This document shows positions 37,840 through 45,822 of a DNA stretch of 64,000 bases, one piece after another. The DNA is from a virus (taxonomy: Duplodnaviria > Caudoviricetes). The notes beneath the pieces are model-generated. The model was not told the origin of the DNA. It worked only from the letters and a program-made list of their open reading frames with translations, and made no database searches. The stretch is taken from IMG/VR virus record IMGVR_UViG_2565956830_000008, positions 1-64,000 of that record; one strand, given 5' to 3'. The number at the start of each line of letters is the position of its first letter. Positions within the stretch are counted from its first letter, which is position 1. The position numbers and the translations under genes are program-made.

Positions 37840-38085
37840 TCAAAACAAAGACATCGCTTCAACGTCTCCGACATCTCCGTCTTCGGTCTCCACGAGCTGC
37901 AGCTGCTCGCCGGGCACCAGCAGGGGCACGATCGAGAGCGAGCCGGGGCAGGACACCAGGGAATCGTCGTGCAGGCGGCGCCGACCGGGCGGGTCGTGAC
38001 GCCACACACGGCCTTTGCCGGGGCGTCCGGCAACCATCCCGGCGGCGACCCCCCGGCCACAGCTTTCGCACTCGACACGCGGCAT
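37840..38085 (-). CDS. Small Zn-binding hypothetical protein
   Basis: 81 aa, MPRVECESCG...RH...SCPGS. Confidence 0.6.
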   Translation of the reverse strand: MPRVECESCGRGVAAGMVAGRPGKGRVWRHDPPGRRRLHDDSLVSCPGSLSIVPLLVPGEQLQLVETEDGDVGDVEAMSLF

Positions 38086-38153
38086 CTTCACGCCCACCAG
38101 TGTGCCCGGGACGGTGTATGCCGCCGCGCCCCGGACGGCCACGGCCGATGCCG

Positions 38154-39746
38154 CTACCGGCCGATACGGCGCCCGTACGGGGACGCCGGCCGGTTCGGCT
38201 GCACACTGCCCGGTATGCCGCTGCGGGCGCCGCCCTGGGGGGCCTGCGCGAGCGGGGCGTGGACGATGGCGCCCGCGTTGGCCTCCGGGATCAGCCCGTA
38301 CACGAGGACACAGGAGGCGTCGATCCGGCCCGGCGAATCGGGGTCCGTGGGCTGCCAGGTCGACCACTCGCGTTCCATGTCGGGGAACAGGCCACGGAAG
38401 CGGACCTTGTCCTGCACCATCTGCTGGGCGATCGGCTCCGCCCGCAGCAACTTCCCCTGCTTGGCCCGCACCGGCAGGATCGCCGGCATGAGGACGTTCT
38501 TGGGTATCTCCTCGTCCCGCTGGAGCTTCTCCCACGACGTCTGGATCGCCAACACACACATGTCCCGGCCGAAGTTCCACTCGACGTAGATGATCGACGC
38601 GTTCGTGCGGTACGCGAGCCGACAGGCGGCCATGGACCACTCGGCCGACGACATCGGCGCCGACACGTCGTCGGTGATCCACACGCGGCCGTCGTCGCCG
38701 AGGAAACCACCGATGACACCGGCAACGTCCCGGCCGCCACCCGACGGGTCGATCGACACGGCGATCTTCTGCGGCTCCACGGGCGTGGTGGTGTCACGCA
38801 GCAGGCGCAGCAGTTCCTCGGACACAAGCGCTCCTTCACCAGGCTGGGGGTCGCCCTGGTAGAGGGCGTGCCAGTCCCGGACGATCGACGTTGCCTTCTT
38901 CTGCGCCCACCACGCCTTCAACCTGGCGACGGCCCGGCTGGGGATCTTCGGGTGGGGCAGCGGCTCCCCGGGCTCGCGGCCGAGCGGGTCCTCGCCGAAC
39001 TTGGGGTCGGCGACCGCGGGGAGGTGGATCACCTTCCACCGGCCGCCGTCCTCGATGCGGCCCTCTTCCTGGATACGGCGCCCGGCGAAATCGTCGGGGT
39101 GCCAGCGGGTCTGGATCGCCACCACGGCGCTGCGGTCGGGCTGGAGGCGGGACAGGGCCGCCGAGCTGTACCAGTCGTGCAGGGCACGCCGTGCGGCCTC
39201 CGATTCGGCGTCGGCGCGGTCCTTGTGCGGGTCGTCGATGATCAGAAGGTTCACGTCGAAGCCGGTGAGGCCCTTGCCGACGGACACTGAGCGGCAGCCG
39301 CCGCCCGCGGTGACCTCCCAGTCCTGCATCGCCCCGGAGCCGGGCTTCATCCGCAGCTCCCACTCGTCGCCGTACTCCTCGACGTAGCCGCGGATCCTCT
39401 TGCCGCGCCGGAGCGCCAGGTCGTCGCCGTACGAGGTGACCGCGACCTTGTCCACGGGGAACGTGCACAGCCACCAGAACGGGAACCACTCCGCGACCGT
39501 CGTGCTCTTCCCGACCTGGGGCGGGGTCAGGATCAGCAGCCGGTCGTACTCGCCCCGCCCCACCTCGGCCAGCGCATCGCCGATGAGCTTCAGGTGCGGG
39601 CGCATCCGGAAGTTCCGGTCGAGGCCGCGGGCGAGCGTCACCGGATCCCGCAGCAGGTCAGCGCTCATCGCCCGGCGTGCCGCCTCCAGCTGCCGGTAGA
39701 CCTCCTCGTCATCCTGGTGTGCCAGCTCGTCCACGGCCGTCGTCAC
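38154..39746 (-). CDS. terL: Terminase large subunit
   Basis: Walker A PPQVGKS, Walker B LLIIDDP, QTRWH, nuclease SIDP and SPGRIDA motifs. Confidence 0.95.
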   Translation of the reverse strand: MTTAVDELAHQDDEEVYRQLEAARRAMSADLLRDPVTLARGLDRNFRMRPHLKLIGDALAEVGRGEYDRLLILTPPQVGKSTTVAEWFPFWWLCTFPVDKVAVTSYGDDLALRRGKRIRGYVEEYGDEWELRMKPGSGAMQDWEVTAGGGCRSVSVGKGLTGFDVNLLIIDDPHKDRADAESEAARRALHDWYSSAALSRLQPDRSAVVAIQTRWHPDDFAGRRIQEEGRIEDGGRWKVIHLPAVADPKFGEDPLGREPGEPLPHPKIPSRAVARLKAWWAQKKATSIVRDWHALYQGDPQPGEGALVSEELLRLLRDTTTPVEPQKIAVSIDPSGGGRDVAGVIGGFLGDDGRVWITDDVSAPMSSAEWSMAACRLAYRTNASIIYVEWNFGRDMCVLAIQTSWEKLQRDEEIPKNVLMPAILPVRAKQGKLLRAEPIAQQMVQDKVRFRGLFPDMEREWSTWQPTDPDSPGRIDASCVLVYGLIPEANAGAIVHAPLAQAPQGGARSGIPGSVQPNRPASPYGRRIGR

Positions 39747-39749
39747 GGG

Positions 39750-40346
39750 CTACGCCTCCTCGTCCTCGTCGTCGCTGCCGTCCACGGCCTTGATCCGCTG
39801 GTTCACCGACGCCGCCAGCTCACTCAGGCGGGCACGCCGCTGCTCCGGCGGCATCTGCGCGAACTCGGCGAACTGGTGCGCCAGCGCGTTGGTGCCCTCG
39901 CTGGTGACGGCGATCGTCTCCGTGGGGTCACCGAACAGGACACGCCGGTGCCGCATCGCGACGTCCATCAGCCGGATGAAGTCACCGGCCGACAACTCGG
40001 CCGCGTTCAACGTCGTCAGCCGCTGCGCCAGCTTGCCGATCGCTGCGCCGAGGATCTTCGCGTCGGTCTCTGCGGCCCTGCGGCGCTCCTCCAGCCACAT
40101 CGCCTCGTACTGCCGGTCCAGGTGCCGGTCGTAGGCCTCGACGCGCTCACGCCACCGGTACTGGGCGGCGAGGTTCCTCACGTGCCCGTACGCGAGTGTC
40201 AGCCTCCGTGCGGCTTCGGTCAGGGTGCGGGTCCTGCCGAGGTCCCTGTAGGTGGCGAACTGTCCGTGTTTGTGGGGGGTCTCGTTGGGCTGACGTTCCC
40301 ACGGGTCGAGTTCGGGGCTCAGGGTGATGGGTGGACGGGTGCTCAT
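39750..40346 (-). CDS. terS: Terminase small subunit
   Basis: ATG 40346; PWERQPNE...F..YRDLG..R...W.ER...YD pattern; immediately upstream of terL. Confidence 0.8.
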   Translation of the reverse strand: MSTRPPITLSPELDPWERQPNETPHKHGQFATYRDLGRTRTLTEAARRLTLAYGHVRNLAAQYRWRERVEAYDRHLDRQYEAMWLEERRRAAETDAKILGAAIGKLAQRLTTLNAAELSAGDFIRLMDVAMRHRRVLFGDPTETIAVTSEGTNALAHQFAEFAQMPPEQRRARLSELAASVNQRIKAVDGSDDEDEEA

Positions 40347-40558
40347 GTGGCCCGTTCCTCCCGTCGTGCGGTGCCTTCGTAGCGGTAGAGCCATAGGGGG
40401 CCGTCGTCTGCCGGGTTCACGTGACGCCGGTAGACGAGTCGGTAGCCGTCGGCGTTGCGGAGCTCGCAGGTGTGGGGCGGGTTCCAGGGGTCTGCGGGGA
40501 TGGCGAGGAGTTGCCCGTCGACGGGTCCGCCCGCGAACTGGATGCCGACGCTGCTCAT
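40343..40558 (-). CDS. Small hypothetical protein (FAGGPVDG)
   Basis: 71 aa, ATGA-coupled on both sides. Confidence 0.6.
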   Translation of the reverse strand: MSSVGIQFAGGPVDGQLLAIPADPWNPPHTCELRNADGYRLVYRRHVNPADDGPLWLYRYEGTARREERAT

Positions 40559-41484
40559 GACGGGTCGCTGGGGACGTGGTTGGGTCCGGAGAGGTATTCG
40601 CCGGCGAGGCGTTCGAGGAGCCGCCAGCCCTGCCCCTGCTCGATCTCGCCTCGGCCTTCTGCGGCTGCGATGGCCTTGTTGATCGTGACGGCCGCGGGTG
40701 CGGGCAGGGTGCGGGCGCCGAGGACGGTCTCGAGTCCGACGTGCCCGGAGTGGAGGTGGGTGCCGTCGGGTGCGGTGTAGCCCTCGGCGAGTTCGTCGAG
40801 GTGGCGCTCGACGATGGCGAGGATGGCGTGGAGGGCGGTGGCCACGTTGCCGACCTTGTGCGCGGCATGTGTCGAGGCGAGCGTGTCCAGGGTCTGCTCG
40901 TAGTCGGCGCGTGCGGCGAGCCAGGACTCGTTCTGCCCGAGGCGCGCCTGGTTGAAGGCTTCGCGGGCGGCTTCGAGCTCCATGGGCAGGAAGATCAGGC
41001 TCACGGTGGCGAAGTCGAGGTTCGCTTCGGAGAGGCCTTCGGGGCTGACCTCGGCGAGGAGCTGGAGCTGTGCGTCGTCGAGGCCGGAGTAGGCCCGCCA
41101 GTCGACGTCTTCGATCTGGTCGTACAGCTGCTGGAGGGTCGCCGGGTCGTCCTTGCCGGTGATGGCGTTGTGCGACAGCTGCCGGGCGATCAGCTGGTCC
41201 TTCTCCTGCGGGTCGTCGATGAGCAGGCAGGTGATCTCGTCGAGTCCGGCTTCCACGGCCGCGTCGCACCTGTGGTTGCCGGACACGATGAGCTCGGCGC
41301 CCTCCGGGTATTCGCCGGCCCCGTAGATGAGCGGGACGGAGGTGAGGCAGCCGTCGGCCTTGATGTTGGCAACGAGCCGGTCGTACTCCTCCTTGGTCTG
41401 GTAGTGCGCGTTGACGGCGAGGCGGGTGAGGGCGCGCGGGTCGCGCTGGACGAGGCGGGGCCGGATTCGACTGCTGGTGGTCAT
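40555..41484 (-). CDS. ParB/Srx N-terminal domain protein
   Basis: NAH...RLVANIKADG, IVSGNHR, SHNAITGKDD motifs; coupled to the upstream gene. Confidence 0.85.
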   Translation of the reverse strand: MTTSSRIRPRLVQRDPRALTRLAVNAHYQTKEEYDRLVANIKADGCLTSVPLIYGAGEYPEGAELIVSGNHRCDAAVEAGLDEITCLLIDDPQEKDQLIARQLSHNAITGKDDPATLQQLYDQIEDVDWRAYSGLDDAQLQLLAEVSPEGLSEANLDFATVSLIFLPMELEAAREAFNQARLGQNESWLAARADYEQTLDTLASTHAAHKVGNVATALHAILAIVERHLDELAEGYTAPDGTHLHSGHVGLETVLGARTLPAPAAVTINKAIAAAEGRGEIEQGQGWRLLERLAGEYLSGPNHVPSDPS

Positions 41485-42824
41485 CGCATGTCCTTGCCGT
41501 GCTTGGTCTTCCAGAGGGTGAGCGCTTCGATCAGGTCGTAGGCGCCGAGGGGACCGCCGTACTGGAGCTGGTAGCGGTGGATGCCGTCCGCGCCCGGCTC
41601 GGTCCGCTTCTGCAGCTTCACGCCGGGGATGCCCCGCCCGTACTTCGCGCTGTTGGGCCGGTCGGTGAACGCGGTGGTGGCCCAGCCGTCAATCCGCTTC
41701 GACAGCGAGCGTTGGACGAGGAGCTGCGCCTCCTTCGTGGAGGCGGCCATCACGATGAGCTTCGACAGGCGCCGGTAGCGGGTCCACGACACCGGGAAGT
41801 CCGACATCAGGTAGGCGGTGTTCGGGTCGAACTTGGGCGGCAGGTAGGCGAACGCGCCGATCAGCTTCCCGTCGACCGCCACCCCGCACGCGATCAACGG
41901 GCTGCCGGGCTTGATCGTCTTCGACATGAACTGGGAGCGGATCGCCGCGAACTGCCCGGCGTTGAGGACGTGCAGGCTCATGCGGTCGCCGAGGTCCTCG
42001 TTCTGCCCGATCTTCGGCATGGGGATCGGCTCGACGGGCTGCCGGGGGCCGACGATGCGGCGCGGCCCGGCCGCCGCGTACACGTAGATCGGCAGGCCGC
42101 GGTTCGCGGTCTGGACGACGCCGGCGAGCTTGTCCCGCAGCTCGGGGCGTTCGATGTGCAGGCCGAGGACCCAGTTGGGCCGGTCCTGGACCTGCTCGAT
42201 GATGCGTTCCTTGCCGTCCTCGGTGAGCTCGTCGAAGGCTGGCTCGGGCCAGTTGAACGCGGCGTCGATGGACGCGAACTGCGCCTGGTAGTCCTTCGCG
42301 TAGAACGGCGGGAACATCACCACGGGGGCGTCGGCGGGCACCTCCTGGTCGAGGTAGTCGCGGACGTCGCCGGCGAAGAACGAGCCCAGCTTCGTTTGCA
42401 GGCCGCGGAGCTTGCTGGCGGTCTTGTCGTGCATCCGCTCCCACTGGTCGCGGGTGGCGTCCATCATCCGCCGGTAGTAGGCGCCGTCCTTGCCGACGTA
42501 CTGGAGGAAGCGGGTGCCGAGCATGAGGGTGGCGAGGAGGTCGGTGCGGTCCTCCAGGTAGGGCTTGAGCCAGCCGAGGGACTCCTCGTACTCCTCGCGC
42601 AGGGTGTAGTTGAGGTCGTCCCCGGCGAGGTACCAGCCGAGGGCGCACGAGTACGCCTGGATGTCGTTGCCGTGGACGCGGCGGGAGTCGCCGAACCGGG
42701 CGTGCAGCACGCGTTCGATCGTGAAGTTTCCCGAGCAGCCGACGTAGATGTCTTCGCCGGGCCACGTCCCGGCGTGCTCGTAGATGATCGAACGGAGGGG
42801 CGCGGGTATCGAGCCGTGGAACAT
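41481..42824 (-). CDS. Adenine-MTase-fold plus GNAT/Mom-like protein, putative DNA modification enzyme
   Basis: ATG 42824 (MFHGSI) with AGGAG RBS, 447 aa; YVGCSGNF (motif I-like), GNDI, FPPFY (DPPY-like); C-terminal VAVDGKLIGAF...YLMSDF...RLSKL. Confidence 0.65.
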   Translation of the reverse strand: MFHGSIPAPLRSIIYEHAGTWPGEDIYVGCSGNFTIERVLHARFGDSRRVHGNDIQAYSCALGWYLAGDDLNYTLREEYEESLGWLKPYLEDRTDLLATLMLGTRFLQYVGKDGAYYRRMMDATRDQWERMHDKTASKLRGLQTKLGSFFAGDVRDYLDQEVPADAPVVMFPPFYAKDYQAQFASIDAAFNWPEPAFDELTEDGKERIIEQVQDRPNWVLGLHIERPELRDKLAGVVQTANRGLPIYVYAAAGPRRIVGPRQPVEPIPMPKIGQNEDLGDRMSLHVLNAGQFAAIRSQFMSKTIKPGSPLIACGVAVDGKLIGAFAYLPPKFDPNTAYLMSDFPVSWTRYRRLSKLIVMAASTKEAQLLVQRSLSKRIDGWATTAFTDRPNSAKYGRGIPGVKLQKRTEPGADGIHRYQLQYGGPLGAYDLIEALTLWKTKHGKDMR

Positions 42825-42907
42825 GGGCCGCTCCTGAAGTCCGTCTGCGCAGGTTGCGCACCTGCGCGTTTGTCGGCCCATTGTCGGCGGTCGCGTGGAA
42901 TGCGGAA

Positions 42908-42936
42908 GGCCCTCCCCGGGGACTGCGGGGAGGGCC
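42908..42936 (-). terminator. Hairpin just 3' of the tRNA
   Basis: GGCCCTCCCCG/CGGGGAGGGCC inverted repeat, weak U-tract. Confidence 0.5.
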
Positions 42937-42943
42937 AATCGTG

Positions 42944-43018
42944 TGGAGCGCCGGCCAGGGCTTGCACCTGGATCGCCCGACTGGAAGTCGGGCCGTGTTG
43001 CCTTACACGCACCAGCGC
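42944..43018 (-). tRNA. tRNA-Gly(UCC), atypical T-loop
   Basis: 75-nt cloverleaf GCGCTGG TG CGTG TAAGGCAA CACG G CCCGA CTTCCAG TCGGG CGAT CCAGG TGCAAGC CCTGG CCGGCGC T CCA; U73 and encoded CCA. Confidence 0.92.
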
Positions 43019-43060
43019 GGGTGGCGGTCGCGCCGCTGCTCGAACGACCGGCCGATCGGG

Positions 43061-43089
43061 ATCTTACCTCAGCTCCACCGGGTGCGCAG
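43061..43089 (-). promoter_or_regulatory. Putative promoter for the tRNA/modification operon
   Basis: TAAGAT -10 with CTGCGC 17 bp upstream. Confidence 0.45.
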
Positions 43090-43156
43090 TTCGCAGCAGT
43101 GCGCAGCGGGTTTCCCTGTGCCGAGTGGAGAGCACTTCGTGGAGCGCGGCCAAGGC

Positions 43157-44098
43157 TCAGCCCTGCCAGCAGGCGACGGCTTCGACCCGCGAGGACCGCT
43201 CGGCCTCCGCGATGATCTCGGCCATGGACAGGTCGTTGCGGAAGCGGTGCCCGATCTTCTCCTCGATGCGGGCCAGGCGGGCGGCGGGCTCCGGGTTGAG
43301 CTGAGCCGACAGCACGAGCGCCGACTTGGACGCGAGGACGCAGAACATGCAGGACAACCTTGGCATTCCGGCGAGGTATGCCGGGTGTTTGCGCAGGCCG
43401 GACGCTTCGACGGCCGCCCACACGTCGACGGTCGACCAGGTGTGCACCGGATACCAGACGTCGACGTGGCGGAGGGTGTTCGAGGCGCCCCAGCCGGGGC
43501 CGACGCCCTTCGGCACGGGCTGCTTGCGCGCCTTGTACTTCTCGGCCTTGGCCCGACGCGGTACGCACGCATCGCAGGGACATGTCCAGGCGCCTTCGTG
43601 GGTGAAGGCGAGCAGTTTGCGGCGGGCCGGGGACTCCTCGGCGCGTATGCCCATGACGTTGAGGATGCGGACGCGGCCGGTGTGCCCCGCCTCTCGTGAC
43701 TCTTGGACGAGGCGGGTCATCAGGGTCCGCACCGGGCCGCGCTTGAAGTCCGATGTGCACCAGCGGTTGTCGGCGTCGGGGAACATGCCCCGCTCTTCGA
43801 TCCGGTCGATGAGGTCGCCGCCCGTGCGGGCGACGACTTCGAACCGCAGCCCGTAGTAGGCGGCGTGCTCGGCGGCCAGCTCCTTCGTGCCTTCCCACTC
43901 GGCGGAACCGAGGTCGGCGTGCACGCACACGATGCGGTCGAGGACGTCGGCGTCGCGCGCGGCCCAGAACAGCTCGTAGAGCATCGCGATCGAGTCCTTG
44001 CCGCCCGAGATGTTCGCGATGATCCAGTCGTACGAGGCGAGGTCGGGGAGGTCCGACCCGAAGCCGGGCAGGTCGAATGCCAACTGCGCCGTAGACAT
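43157..44098 (-). CDS. PAPS-reductase-family PP-loop protein
   Basis: SGGKDS, RWCTSDFK, GIRAEES..R, HPAY, RLSCMFC motifs. Confidence 0.88.
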   Translation of the reverse strand: MSTAQLAFDLPGFGSDLPDLASYDWIIANISGGKDSIAMLYELFWAARDADVLDRIVCVHADLGSAEWEGTKELAAEHAAYYGLRFEVVARTGGDLIDRIEERGMFPDADNRWCTSDFKRGPVRTLMTRLVQESREAGHTGRVRILNVMGIRAEESPARRKLLAFTHEGAWTCPCDACVPRRAKAEKYKARKQPVPKGVGPGWGASNTLRHVDVWYPVHTWSTVDVWAAVEASGLRKHPAYLAGMPRLSCMFCVLASKSALVLSAQLNPEPAARLARIEEKIGHRFRNDLSMAEIIAEAERSSRVEAVACWQG

Positions 44099-44230
44099 CG
44101 GGAACGCTCCTGGGGGCTGGTGGGCGGGGCGGGAGTGCGCGCCATGGGGCCGTGTGGATCTCGTGGAGGGCCTGGGGGCTGCCGCTTGGGGTGGTGGAGT
44201 GCTCGGGGTGTTGAGGTGCTTAGATCCGCA

Positions 44231-44267
44231 GTGAGGCCGGGGAACGCTGCCTGTTCCCCGGCCTCAC
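44231..44267 (-). repeat. Hairpin with AGGCAGC loop, copy 1
   Basis: 15-bp stem, 7-nt loop. Confidence 0.7.
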
Positions 44268-44277
44268 CCCGCGGTGG

Positions 44278-44613
44278 CTACTCGGGTTCCTCGTAGCTGG
44301 GGGTGGTGCAAGGCCAGCACGCGGCAAGAGCGTGGGAGGCGTAGACGAGGGCCTGCGGGCGGGTGTCGAACCGGGCGGCGTCCTCGGGGTTGTGAGCGCA
44401 GCGCTCGTGCAGCACACCGACGTTCCTGGTGAGCAGGGTGGTCTCGCTGCCGCTGCGGATGACGTAGGGGCCGCCGCCGTCGATGTCCTGCACCTCGTAG
44501 TGCTCCGGGCCGTCGTCGGACGTCACGATGCGGGACAGGATGGCGATCGCGTCCGGGGTGAGGACGAGGCTCACGCTCCGGGTGACTTCGACCGCGTACG
44601 GGCTGGTGCTCAT
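44278..44613 (-). CDS. Hypothetical protein
   Basis: 111 aa with GAAAGGGAA RBS. Confidence 0.6.
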   Translation of the reverse strand: MSTSPYAVEVTRSVSLVLTPDAIAILSRIVTSDDGPEHYEVQDIDGGGPYVIRSGSETTLLTRNVGVLHERCAHNPEDAARFDTRPQALVYASHALAACWPCTTPSYEEPE

Positions 44614-44647
44614 GGCGTTCCCTTTCAGAGCTGGTTGGATGGCGCGA

Positions 44648-44676
44648 GGCCGGGGAGCGCTGCCTGCTCCCCGGCC
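44648..44676 (-). repeat. Hairpin with AGGCAGC loop, copy 2
   Basis: 11-bp stem, same loop. Confidence 0.7.
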
Positions 44677-44692
44677 CTCGTCTGCTGCTGGG

Positions 44693-45295
44693 CTATGCCG
44701 TGGCCGTCTGCGGCGCGGCCAGGACGTGGACGGCGGACCGCGCGCCGGCCGGACGGGGGCCGTAGCACAGGTACTCGCCCCACTCGTCGTTCACGCGCTT
44801 GCCGGATGCGTCCCAGATCAGCGGTCGCCCGCACTGGGCGCAGTTCCCGGCGTCCTCCCCCGGTGTCCCGTGCGGCCGGTCGTCGGCGGCCGGGGCAGCC
44901 TCCTGCTCCTGGTTCTGGTCGGGGTCCTCGGGCAGGTCGACTCGGAAGGCGCCGGGCTGGTCCGGGATCTGCTTCCAGTCGGCCGCCCGGAGCGGGGCAG
45001 TGGTCCGGTGGAAGGTGAGCATGTCGAGGAGCGTGTCCCGGACCTCGGCGCGGATCCGCTCGCTCAGCTTGCCGTTGGTGGTCTCGTCGTTGAACCGCCA
45101 GGTCGTGGCCTTGGCGTCGTGCACGGCGGTCAGCACGCTCGCGTTGACGCTGATGGCGGTGGCGGTGGGCAGCTCCTCGCGGATCAGGTGGGCGATGAGG
45201 AGCAGGGCGCGGTCGATGACCTCGCGCCGCTTCTGGGCGGCTTCGCGGTAGGCGTCCTCGAAGTACTCGGTCCAGAAGGCCTTGGTAGCGGGCAT
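44693..45295 (-). CDS. Hypothetical protein
   Basis: MPATKAFW start; N-terminal FEDAY..A..R domain similar to 45820-46716. Confidence 0.6.
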   Translation of the reverse strand: MPATKAFWTEYFEDAYREAAQKRREVIDRALLLIAHLIREELPTATAISVNASVLTAVHDAKATTWRFNDETTNGKLSERIRAEVRDTLLDMLTFHRTTAPLRAADWKQIPDQPGAFRVDLPEDPDQNQEQEAAPAADDRPHGTPGEDAGNCAQCGRPLIWDASGKRVNDEWGEYLCYGPRPAGARSAVHVLAAPQTATA

Positions 45296-45425
45296 GCGGG
45301 GTGATCCCTTCACGTGTTGGGGTGGGTGGTCGGCACTGGGGTGGCGACCTGGGCGGGCAGCACGCACCAGGCCGTGGCCCGTCGCGCTGCCCGCTCAAGG
45401 GACGGCCAGCTGGCCGTCCGGCCGG

Positions 45426-45701
45426 TCAGGACTTGCGCCGGTTGATGTCGCGGAGGGTGACGCCCTCGGCGGCCAGTGCCCGGCAGATGTTGCCGCGCAC
45501 CCAGCCGCCCCAGCCGTCCGACTTGTACTCGGCGAGGAACTGGCGGACCTTCGGGTGATCCCGGTTGGGGCTGAACGTGCTGGCGAGTTCGTAGGCCAGG
45601 GTCGGTGTGCTCCACGGGCCTTCGAACAGCTCCTGGAAGGTCTCGTCGTCCTCGCGGTCCCAGTACTGGTGGAGGAGGGGCTGCGTGGTGGACTCCGTCA
45701 T
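45426..45701 (-). CDS. Hypothetical protein
   Basis: 91 aa with AAGGAG RBS; first gene after early repeat A. Confidence 0.6.
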   Translation of the reverse strand: MTESTTQPLLHQYWDREDDETFQELFEGPWSTPTLAYELASTFSPNRDHPKVRQFLAEYKSDGWGGWVRGNICRALAAEGVTLRDINRRKS

Positions 45702-45732
45702 TTCTCGCTCCTTGGGCTGTTGGTGGCTGGTT

Positions 45733-45822
45733 GAACTACTTCCATTCTTTCCGAAACAGCTTGCCCTAGCCAGTTAGGGCAAGCTGTTTCAGTAAAAGGA
45801 CTTCTAAGAAAACCGCAGGTCA
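45733..45822 (-). repeat. Early ~90-bp hairpin repeat A
   Basis: TGACCTGCGG...GAAACAGCTTGCCCTA-ACTGGC-TAGGGCAAGCTGTTTC...AAAGAATGGAAGTAGTTC. Confidence 0.9.

Noticed and set aside
42944-43018. tRNA as a prophage attachment site
   Set aside because: It is internal to the phage gene run, no duplicated 3' end was seen, and no integrase is adjacent.
42825-43928. N-terminal extension of the 815-aa ORF 41481-43928
   Set aside because: It overlaps the tRNA and the PAPS-reductase-family gene; a good RBS supports ATG 42824.
43157-44098. Complete Dnd phosphorothioation or sulfate assimilation locus
   Set aside because: No dndB/D/E, cysteine desulfurase or cys genes in the window.
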